A DNA stretch of 63,495 bases, filler included, from Octopus bimaculoides (lineage: Eukaryota), in NCBI RefSeq assembly GCF_001194135.2. It is 5 parts of 5 records of this genome, joined end to end, with 100 filler letters (N's around TTAATTAATTAA, not from the genome) between each part and the next. Parts side by side here need not be neighbours in the genome. Positions count along the whole stretch, not along the records: positions 53,766 to 63,495 come from NC_068982.1; 4 more parts are not named here. One strand, 5' to 3'. Position 1 is the stretch's first letter. Every line of letters starts with the position of its first letter. Below are positions 53,766 through 63,495 of this stretch, piece after piece. Made by a program: the position numbers and the translations under genes. The notes beneath the pieces are model-generated. The model did no database searches and was not told the DNA's origin. It saw nothing but the letters and a program-made list of their open reading frames with translations.

Positions 53766-54320
53766 AGTTTGCAAGAGGGTGTCATAGAATTGGTCTTTCA
53801 GACCATCTGGTAGCCCCGGTTGAGGTGCATAGGCTGAGATGACAGTGGCTAATCTATGATGAAGAACTAGTCTGATCTTAAGTACTCTGTCACTTACTCT
53901 AACGACCTCGATTACCTTATCCACCCATTTCTCCGCTAGAAGTATTCCTACGCCCCCGACCCCGTCAGTGTTCCCTGCCCAGAAAATCTTGTACCTGTGT
54001 TCTTTGCCTGTGAGGAACCTCGCAAACATGTATCTCCATTCATGCCATACCAAACAGTTCCAGGTATTCATGCAGACAACTCCAGGTTCTGGGACCATTT
54101 TCCATGCTGACATGGTTTGGATGGTTTGACAGGACTGGCAAGCCAGAGAGCTGCACCAGGTTCCAGTCTGATTTGGCTTGGTATCTATGACATGGTGGTG
54201 GCAAGGGTACTTTTTACATAGCACCAGCACAGGGCTCTTGCAGGCCAATCCTAATCTGCAGGGGAGCAGCATCAACACTTCTGCTATGGAGGACGGGTCT
54301 CCTTCAGTACAGCAACACAC
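53766..54320 (-). mobile_element. RTE LINE fragment (apurinic endonuclease domain)
   Basis: YKIFWAGNTDGVGGVGILLAEKWVDKVIEVVRVSDRVLKIRLVL....TVISAYAPQPGLPDGLKDQFYDTL. Confidence 0.9.
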
Positions 54321-54792
54321 CTGACAATAAATTTTTTTGTTAAATGTTTGTGAGTATTGTTCAGTTACTTCAACAGCAAAATACTACCCACGGCAAACCT
54401 TGATAATATCAACATACTCGAGACCACCCCCAGGTTTATGATGCAAATTCATATTTTAAAATGATCTAAATTAAAGCTGTTCATCAATGTATCAGGATAG
54501 TTTATGCTTGAAGTACCATCTTAATTAATGACAAAGCTATTTTTCAAACTTCTTTATTAATTCAAAAATGAATTGAAACAAAAGCAACATATTTCAACAG
54601 AAATACATTAACAGAGGGATTAAATTTGTATACTTTAATGGTATTCACCTGATGGTGCTCCTAAGCAATCAATCAGCTACATTTCTGTGCCATATCCCCA
54701 ATTTAGCAAATCTAATAAGGATTATTTAGCATCAACCACATCAGATAGACTATTGTCATCAATTGTTACTGTTCTTTTATTGGACCAGAAAT

Positions 54793-55167
54793 GCTGTTTG
54801 TTGTTGGCACTCCGTCGCTTCTGACGTCGAGGGTTCCAGTTGATCCGATCAACGGAACAGCCTGCTCATGAAATTAACATGGAAGTGGCTGAGCACTCCA
54901 CAGACACATGTACTCTTAACGTAGTTCTCGGGGATATTCAGCATGACAAGGCTGACCCTTTGAATTACAGGCACAACAGAAACAGGAAGTAAGAGGAAGT
55001 TGTGGTGAAAGAGTACAGCAGGGTTCACCACCATCCCCTGCCGGAACCTCGTGGAGCTTTAGGTGTTTTCGCTCAATAAACACTCACAATGCTCGGTTTG
55101 GGAATCGAAACCACGATCCTATGACCAGGAGTCTGCTGCCCTAACCACTGGGCCATTGCGCTTCCAC
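54793..55167 (-). mobile_element. Family C SINE with 11-bp TSD
   Basis: Reverse complement of the 47090 element. TSD GGACCAGAAAT at 54782-54792 and 55168-55178. Confidence 0.95.
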
Positions 55168-55908
55168 GGACCAGAAATATACAGGAAATAAAAAAGACAA
55201 CCTTGAATTATATAACAGTAGCTAATCAATTGATACCAGCTAATTAGGTGATATCAACACATTTTTTAATAAGAGAAATGCAATTAGCTTTTAGAGTAAA
55301 GGAAATAAAAAGTGTTGTAGTTGGGGGTTAAAGTGGTAGGAGTCAAAGAAGCAAAATTGATACCTCAGCATATGTCATATTTCATTTTTATTTCATTTTA
55401 GCAGTTATATTTTACTACCAACTCTCAAACTTAATGGCTGTGAATTTACTGTGCTTAGTCTATTGATAAACAATCAAATTTTGAATGAGCAATTATGCTA
55501 AGGTCATAAACAATGCAAATATTACTCAATTCAGTGTTCATCATCATCATTTAATGTCTGTTTTTCATACTGGCATGAGCTCCAATGTCAGCTTTGGCAA
55601 GATCTCGATGGCTGGATGCACTTCCTAATGCCAATAAATTTACTGTGTACTAGGCTGTTTGTTTTTTTTTTTTTTGAGTCACTAGCAATAGCGACATCAC
55701 CAAGCAAATTACAAGACAGGAAAAATCTCTTTTGACTAACGGGAGAAGAGGAGTAATTGAGAAGGGGAGGTGTTTTTATGACATATGTTGAGAGGCTAAA
55801 GTATAAGTGTGTCTTTCAACAGCCATCCAATATTGTGCATTCATTCTTCAAATCTTGTGTTTTGATTACTTTTATTTTCCTCCCAATAATATACACAAAG
55901 GAACTTAC

Positions 55909-56037
55909 AATAGCAGCTAGAAAATGTTGTTCCAGTTGGTTCATTTCAGCAGTTTCCATCATGCCAATAACTGCCCATTCTTCATTAAAAACTTCTTCAT
56001 TAAGTCCTTCATCATACAAGTATTTGGAAGCCATCAT
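55909..56037 (-). CDS. CNPPD1: CNPPD1 coding exon (MMASKYLYDEGLNEEVFNEEWAVIGMMETAEMNQLEQHFLAAI)
   Basis: Acceptor ttcttttctttag| and donor |gtaag; 129 nt. Matches the hallmark ASKYLYDEG.EEVFN.EW...N.LE..FL motif. Confidence 0.96.
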
Positions 56038-57075
56038 CTAAAGAAAAGAAAACAATCAACAAATTGATGATAATGATTCTTTTGACTAGATGGAGAGTTA
56101 ATTTTGTACACAACAAATTTATTGAATATCATTATAATACTGAGAGATGAAAAATCGGAAATGACCCAAGAAGTATCCAGGCTAGCTTACTACTACTTGC
56201 AAATATTCAACCACTTCCTAATTATATAAGTTTCTTATATTAGTGACTAATATAATTATTCTTCCTTTTTCAAAACAGCAGAGTAGATACAAGAACCTAC
56301 AAGTATACAAAAACACAGTGGGCAACTCTGCCACATTGCCTATAAAAGACCATTTTTAGCACCTAAACTATTTGCAGAATGTTGAGGCAGCTGAGCATTA
56401 TGTGTCTCCATTCTTGCTACATCGAACAGTTCCAGACATCTGTGCAGACAAACTCCAAGTTCTTGGACAGACATTCACACAATGTCTCAAAAGTAACTTC
56501 TGCGAATTTGGCGAGGTTTTTTCTTCTCTCTGTCTTTAATTATTGCTGTTACTAACTGTAACTAGTCAACGCAGTTTATCTTTATGTACGTCAATAATTT
56601 TCTTCTGTTAAATGTTCACACGTTTTGTTCAGTCACTTCTTCACACAGCCAAGAAACATATTTTCATCCATTACTTTACTACCACAGTGACATTGACAAA
56701 GCAGTGAAATGCTATCCATGGCAAACCCTTATAATACCAACCTACCCAATACAATAAACCACAGCATATTAGAGTGGGACCTAGTCATTTGACTGACTAT
56801 GTTCTAGACATTTGTTTGGTAAGTACTGACCAGAGCAACACAACCACTAGATTCTTACATAACGATGAAGCTTGAAATTTTTAGGAAACAGATATATGTA
56901 AAGAATTTATATTTAAATAGATGAAATTAATTATTAGAATCAGAAAAATATTATATAGTTTCCAGAGAAAAAACATATTCCTACCTTCATAAAATAAACC
57001 CAGCTCTACTTAGAGGAGACTAGTTTGTTTTTTTTTATCTTGAGATGATAAGTAAAAAAGAAACACATTTCTTAC

Positions 57076-57196
57076 CATCGAAATCAAAAATAGTTCAGCG
57101 GAGGAAATTTGCATCAAATATTCAGGGTTTCTCTCTTTGAGTCGTTTCACATAAAGCATACCAAGCATCACAGAACATGGTGGCATAGGAGCACGT
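57076..57196 (-). CDS. CNPPD1: CNPPD1 coding exon (RAPMPPCSVMLGMLYVKRLKERNPEYLMQISSAELFLISM)
   Basis: Acceptor ttcttattcttag| and donor |gtaag; 121 nt. Matches the cyclin/PHO80 core [35 protein letters not shown]. Confidence 0.95.
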
Positions 57197-57849
57197 CTAA
57201 GAATAAGAAAACAGGCTTCTCATTCAATATAATGCAATTAATAGGAAGAAAGCGTGATATACGTTGTATCAAATCCTCGCCAAAAACATCAAACATTATT
57301 TTAGAGGATTTCAATTGCTTACAAACTACAAAACTAGTTAGTAGCTTTCTTTTTACTTGAATTTTATCAAAAAACAATTAGGTAAAAATTTAAGGACAAA
57401 TTTTCATTCATATTTATTTAGTATGTAATTCAAGAGATATTTAAATTTTGCTGAAGTTAAAAAAACAAATGATAACCATCATTAAGACATATACATCTAC
57501 TACAAGGTACATCAGAAGTTGTCTTTTTGAAACACCAATACCTTCTACAATTACAACTATAAACAGGTGCAGGCATGGTTGTGTAATTGAGATGTTAGCT
57601 TCCCAACCAAATGGTTTTGGATTTAGACCCACTGCTTTGCTCCTTGGACAAGTGTCTATTATTGCCCTGGGCCAGCTACAACCTTGTGAATTGATTTGAT
57701 AAGACAGACACTGAGTTAAGGCAACACCACCACACACTGTCCAATGTCGTTGAAACCTAGCTACTTTTTCTACATTTCCCCTTTTGTACTAATGATTTCA
57801 GTTTACAGCAGACTCTAAGCTCAGCACACAACACTAGTTGTTGGAGTGT

Positions 57850-58176
57850 TACATGCACAACAGATGACCTTGCATTTGTTGATAAGGAAATGAAACGAGC
57901 AGTAAAGTGTGTGCTTGTTGAACATGATATAAATAGATCAGAGTAGCCTAACCCTAGTGAGAAAGAGGTCAGCTGTCTTCAGAGACAATTGCTGAAATAC
58001 TGGACATCAGGGATGGGTTTATTGCTAGTAAATTAGATTGTACAGGTATATATATCATCATTTAACTTTCCTCTTTCTATGTTGGCATTGGCTTGAATGG
58101 CTTGACAAGTTCTACGTCTGCTTAGGCATGGTTTCTACAATTGGATGCCCTTCCTAATGCCAACCACTTAACATAG
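57850..58176 (+). repeat. Direct repeat copy 1 (~327 bp)
   Basis: Near-identical to 59903-60231. Confidence 0.95.
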
Positions 58177-59254
58177 CTTTTTTAATGGGAGGGATTGAAC
58201 TCAGAACTACAAGCCAATATCTTAAAGTACTACTACTACTACTACTTATAACAGTGAATTATACTATTTGCAATAACTACTAAAGTCTTAATAGGACTGA
58301 CTATTGGGAGTTAAGTGTTTCCTTTGCTTGGCAGTGCATGGTAGTTGTAAATGAGTGTCACTGTGATACATGCAGTCTCAATCACTTCCATTATTCTGCA
58401 AAAACATGTCTGGCCATGGGAAATATTACCTTGCTTGGACATTGGTGAGAGTTTACGACAAGAAGGCCATCCTACTGTAGAAAACTGCCTCAACATACTC
58501 TTGTCTTACCCATGAAAGCATGGAAAAGTAGATATTAAAATGCTGATGATGATGATGAGCATTATGAAGTGAGAAGTAGTATCTAATTCAACAGACAAAA
58601 CTAAGGCAAACAACATAATCTCAAGTTTGAGCTCAATCATAATCTCAAAGACACATGCCATAGCCATCTTAATGTGTAAATACTACAATTGCTTGCTCTG
58701 TCATCCAAGTGAGAAATGAAGGATCAAATCAAAGAAAGATTTAAATCCAGAAAAATGAAGCACCCAATGTAGAATTGGCACAACTTCCATGTGAATGCGC
58801 CAGTTTCTTATTTTCTCTCCTTCCAACAAATCTGTGGCTATATTCATGTTAGAACAAATAATAATAATAATAATTATTATTATTATTATTATAACTCAGT
58901 AGTAGTAGTATTCTGTCGAGGTTGACTTTGCCTTTCATCCGTTCAGGGTTGATAAAATAAGTACCAGTCAAGTACTGAGATCAATGTAATCAACTTGCCC
59001 CCTCCCTTGAAATTGCTGTTCTTGTGTCAAAATTTGAAACCATCATCATCATTTGTAGTAGTAGTAATAGTAGGAGGAGGGGGAGGAGGAAATAATCAGT
59101 GATACAGAAGGTAATCTCCAAATTGGTATTATACATGGGTTGGTTAAATGGATTACATTTCCTTTGGTGCAAAACAGATTTTGACTGAAAATTATAGGGA
59201 CCAAGTCAGTAGAGCACTGTACAAAATGTTTTACAATGCTTAGTGCACTACCAT

Positions 59255-59440
59255 GGCAGTGAGCTGGCAGAAACGTTAGCATGCCAGGCGAAATGCTTAG
59301 CGGTATTTCATCTGTCTTTACGTTCTGAGTTCAAATTCCACCGAGGTCGACTTCACCTTTCATCTTTCCAGGGTCGATCTAACCAACTGGCCCCCTCCCA
59401 AAAAATTTCAGGCATTGTGCCTGGAGTAGAAAAGAATATT
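59255..59440 (+). mobile_element. Family B SINE in CNPPD1 intron
   Basis: GGCAGTGAGCTGGCAGAAACGTTAGCATGCCAGGCGAAATGCTTAGCGG. A partial copy also lies at 58912-59040. Confidence 0.85.
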
Positions 59441-59608
59441 TAGTGACTACACTTATATTCAGAGGTCAAATCTTGCAGGAGTTAGCTATACATTTTATCC
59501 CTCCAGCAGACATAAAATAGGTACCACTAACATACAGTCACTTCAATTGACTGCATTTTATCATCCAAAATCTCTAACTCTGGTGTCAAAGTTCAAAAAT
59601 AGACTCAC

Positions 59609-59690
59609 TTTGTCATTGAAGAAGCCAGAAACATATCCACTTTCCCAAGAGAACGTGGAGCAGCATCTTGGAAAAATTTGACAGCAATTT
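59609..59690 (-). CDS. CNPPD1: CNPPD1 coding exon (E-IAVKFFQDAAPRSLGKVDMFLASSMT-K)
   Basis: Acceptor cctttctag| and donor |gtgagt; 82 nt; phase-compatible with both neighbours. Resembles IAVELLQKAAPSPIRRL of vertebrate CNPPD1. Confidence 0.9.
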
Positions 59691-59902
59691 CTAGAAAGGA
59701 AAAACAAAAGAGAAAATATTCAGCATTAACTAATGATAGTCAAATTATGTGAAACTAGTGAAATATATAAAGTTACTATCAAAGTACAATATCATTTAAT
59801 TAGACAAGAAGCAAGACAAATCTGTCTGGCTTAGCGATAGTAACGGAGAGAAAATAAGAGATAATGATTATTTTTAATGAATCAGAATAACATTGGAAAA
59901 AG

Positions 59903-60231
59903 TACATGCACAACAGATGACCTTGCATTTGTTGATAAGGAAATGAAACGAGCAGTAAAGTGTGCGCTTGTTGAACATGATATAAATAGATCAGAGTAGC
60001 CTAACCCTAGTGAGAAAGAGGTCAGCTGTCTTCAGAGACAATTGCTGAAATACTGGACATCAGGGATGGGTTTATGCTAGTAAATTAGATTGTACAGGTA
60101 TATATATCATCATCATTTAACTTTCCTTTTTGTATGTTGGCATTGGGTTGAATGGCTTGACAAGTTCTACGTCTGCTTAGGCATGGTTTCTACAATTGGA
60201 TGCCCTTCCTAATGCCAACCACTTAACATAG
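59903..60231 (+). repeat. Direct repeat copy 2 (~329 bp)
   Basis: Near-identical to 57850-58176, with only a few substitutions and small indels. Confidence 0.95.
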
Positions 60232-62305
60232 TATATATATGTCATTATTCAGTTTTATTTCAAGATTTCTTGCCAATAGAAAAAGAGCCAGTTTCTAACC
60301 TAGATCCAAAAATCCTTCATTGAAATTTCAACATCAACATGTTATTTTTGCATGTATGTAGGTATATGTGCAATCTGGAGTCAGTGTGTATGCAAATTTG
60401 TATGTTTTGTTTTGTGATTGTATTCTTACGCATATAATTGCATGTCTAGACATGTGCATATATACTCAAATGATAAACTTCAGGAAAGTTTTGCAAATTT
60501 TTACAGTTCCTGTTATGGTTTGGATTTGTAGTCTTTGAATTAACTTTCCTTCTGGCTTTAACAACCTTAATTTCTCAAGATTGGTACTTAAGCAATATGA
60601 TGCATATCCCAGTGCCCCAATAATTACAGGTATAAACCTGAACTTGTAATCATGGTTAGAGTAACTGTAGATTTCTCAATAGTTCAGTGTAGGTATTTTT
60701 TTTTCACTGATCACTGACTTTATGTAACATCCACTAGTCAGCTGATTTCTACTACTGTACAAAGTTTCTCTTCTCTGTTCCAAATCACTATGTCAGGTCT
60801 ATTATGTTTATAGTTTATCGAGATTTTTCACTGGGTCACCCCAACAGTACTCCTTATTATGAGTAGCTATGGCTTCTACCATACTATGGGTTCTTATATC
60901 TTTGGCTTCAGGGTTATCCTTCCAACAGGTCTCATTATACAGGATCCTAGCTACATGTATGTATGTATGTATGTATGTACATACATAGATACAAATGTAC
61001 ATATGTATCATAATGGTCATAGTGTTATTGTCATCTATTACAAAAGTGAAGAAGAGGTAACAGAGGCCAGAATCATGACCACTTTTGCAGAAAGAGCAAA
61101 TTGTGTCAGACAAGTATAAGAAGTAGAGTATAAAGTAGTGAAACCTGGGCAATAATTGTGAAAGTTCTGCAAAAGCTAAAGGAGCTGAATATGGTCTATT
61201 AGAATTTTTAAGAGTTCACAAAGTAAGTGACAGTGCAAAAGGCAAAATATATGGGATGTCAAACATCAAACTGAAAGATCTGAATTTCAGTGCTACACTT
61301 TCTCTTTGGTCAAGACACTTCAAATAGTATAGTTCACTGTTATAAGTTGTAGAGTTGTGTGCTGAGCTTAGAGTCTGCTGTAACCAGAAATCACTAGTAG
61401 ACATTAGACAGTATGTGATGTTGCCTTAACCTGAATCAGTTCAAAGGCATTCTAACCATAGTTAGCTCATCTTTTTTCAGACATTGGAGGACAACTTTAT
61501 CCAATATGCCCTTCTATTCTTTAATATGCTAGGGCATGATTGGAAGGCAATATGGCTGGTATTTTACCTACTGGGATAATTAGAGTGAACATGCTGGGAA
61601 TTAACAGTAGATGGTACAGGTAGAATGAGAAAGACTTGAAAGAAAGCACTCATATCAGATTTAAGAACTTTGATCTGTACAGATGAACCTACAGCACATG
61701 AAGAGATGCTACATTGCATATGCAGCCCATGTTTGTATGCAAAAGTAAAAAAAAATAAATAAATATAATGTTGCAACTGTTATGCCCTTCTTGAGGTTTT
61801 GACCTTCAACTACAAAGCAAAACAAAGTTAAAGACATGCTTCATAAAAAACGTAATACTTCAATTCTAGGCCTATCAAAGAGAGAGAGAAAATGGAGCAT
61901 CAGGTCAATGAATAAAAGAAACCCATTGTTGACATTTTAAATTTAGATATTTACATGAATTAGATATGTTGACAATAACTCAACTGTGACTAGTATAACT
62001 TATCTACCTAACAAAGCCAACTGAGTTAAGACCAAATAATGACTCTTCTTAGACTTCAACACACATATATATATAGTGGCTTCTATTCTTATGACATCAA
62101 AGCACCACTGAACAAAAAGGAAGATGGAAAGAGAAAAAAATTGAAAGATAGAAATAGGAAATATATTAGCTACTAAACTGTGTCATGCTGGAGTAAGTGA
62201 TTCAAACTGCCACTGAGATGGTCTTCTAGGTCCTAGTGTTGAAAGTAATGTTATTGATGCCAATGAGACTGGGAACCAGTATTTTAATCATTTATTGTCA
62301 AAACA

Positions 62306-62651
62306 GTGGAGCCGCGGTCATAGGATCGCGGTTTCGATTCCCAGACCGGGCGTTGTGAGTGTTTATTGAGCGAAAACACCTAAAGCTCCACGAGGCTCCA
62401 GCAGGGGATGGTGGCAAACCCTGCTGTACTCTTTCACCACAACTTTCTCTCACTCTTACTTACTGTTTCTGTTGTGCCTGTAATTCAAAGGGTCAGCCTT
62501 GTCACACTGAATATCCCAGAGAACTACGTTAAGGGCACATGTTTCTGTAGAGTGCTCAGCCACTTGCACGTTAATTTCACGAGCAGTCTGTTCCATTGAT
62601 CGGATCAACTGGAACCCTCGACGTCGTAAGCGACGGAGTGCCAACACACAC
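62306..62651 (+). mobile_element. Family C SINE with 12-bp TSD and A-box deletion
   Basis: TSD ATTGTCAAAACA at 62294-62305 and 62652-62663. GTGGAG is joined directly to CCGCGGTC. Confidence 0.93.
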
Positions 62652-62734
62652 ATTGTCAAAACAACCAGCAGAAATAAAAATTAACCAAATCAACATCTGA
62701 TGAATTCAAATAACTAATTTGTTTACCAACTTAC

Positions 62735-62831
62735 CTGTGAGGGGTAATGAAGGGTAATCTGTTGAAGCCCCATTACCATAATAGAGGGTTTTACAAAGTT
62801 GCTCTGTGAGTTCAATATGTTCAGCAGAACG
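62735..62831 (-). CDS. CNPPD1: CNPPD1 coding exon (RSAEHIELTEQLCKTLYYGNGASTDYPSLPLT-E)
   Basis: Acceptor tttatctttcag| and donor |gtaagt; 97 nt. LYYG motif matches the N-terminal RRRLYYG region of CNPPD1. The final G joins AA of the next exon to give Glu. Confidence 0.88.
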
Positions 62832-62904
62832 CTGAAAGATAAAACATGACACAATTAATTTTGTTTCTCCAATAAAGACTTATGGGAAGTTGTGGAACAC
62901 ATAC

Positions 62905-62925
62905 CTTCCCACAAAAATCTAAGAG
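62905..62925 (-). CDS. Possible 21-nt CNPPD1 micro-exon (LLDFCGK)
   Basis: ttcttgcag|CTCTTAGATTTTTGTGGGAAG|gtatgt; phase 0; 73-nt intron to the 62831 acceptor. No homology support. Confidence 0.3.
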
Positions 62926-63364
62926 CTGCAAGAAATCATCATCATTAACTTTTCCATGCTTACATGGGTCAATTAGAATTTATTCAAGCAGCTTTTCCAG
63001 GTAGGATATCTCGCTTGTCACCAGCCCCCACAAGTTTCCAAACAAGGTAATATATCCCCTAAGTTAGACATGCTTTTCACAGAATACTGCAAACTAACAA
63101 CAACACACCCATGCACACACACACACACACATTATATATATATATATATATCTTCGAAACGTCGAGTTAGAATAGAGGCAGCTGATGAAGGATTAATTCC
63201 AAGTGGTTATCTGTTTTCCTATGTGTTCGTTCCGTGGTCTGTAGTTCATTGTTCTAACGTCCTGTACCCTGATATGCATCTTTATACACATGTAGATGTA
63301 AGTATGTACATATATGTGTATATACATGCATATATATTCTTTGTACTATATATATATATATATA

Positions 63365-63495
63365 TCTTAATATATAAAGCTGAAGTTGTGTGTCTGTGTG
63401 AAGCCTTTTTGAAAGTTTATAGAAATCCACATTTTCCACTTTTTCGTAAAATTTTTTACATCAATGGAATTTTCTCGATCTGAACTTTCCAGTGC
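63365..63495 (+). mobile_element. Helitron-like 5' end
   Basis: A|TCTTAATATATAAAGCTGAAGTTGTGTGTCTGTG resembles the TC-starting 5' termini of non-autonomous Helitrons. Runs off the window. Confidence 0.55.

Noticed and set aside
54240-54256. ag|GATTGG as the next CNPPD1 exon (DW...)
   Set aside because: Lies within repeat-derived sequence; the downstream translation does not resemble DWHLY...GWYTYTDL.
57947-57956. CCTAACCCTA as a telomerase RNA template (also in the second repeat copy)
   Set aside because: Only a 10-nt match; no pseudoknot or H/ACA domain recognisable nearby; expected by chance.

Overview
AT-rich, microsatellite-dense animal DNA, most likely an octopus-type cephalopod (inferred from its SINE and transposon families, not proven). 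Four identical 100-nt linkers (44 N + TTAATTAATTAA + 44 N) split the window into five unrelated pieces: 1-12984, 13085-19783, 19884-35368, 35469-53665 and 53766-63495. Many other N gaps are present. The only host gene I recognise is CNPPD1 (cyclin Pas1/PHO80 domain protein): four phase-compatible GT-AG exons on the minus strand, with the 3' exons cut off by a linker. The rest is mostly decayed mobile DNA: mariner/Tc1 transposons, Penelope-like elements, RTE and L1/Tx1 LINEs, Helitrons, a Gypsy gag remnant and four tRNA-derived SINE families. The most unusual item is a Penelope locus at 3.7-5.3 kb with inverted GIY-YIG fragments and two homologous, oppositely oriented minimal hammerhead-ribozyme motifs. 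Also notable are nested direct and inverted repeats in the CNPPD1 introns that could form dsRNA. All protein assignments come from manual translation and motif recall; no database search was run.
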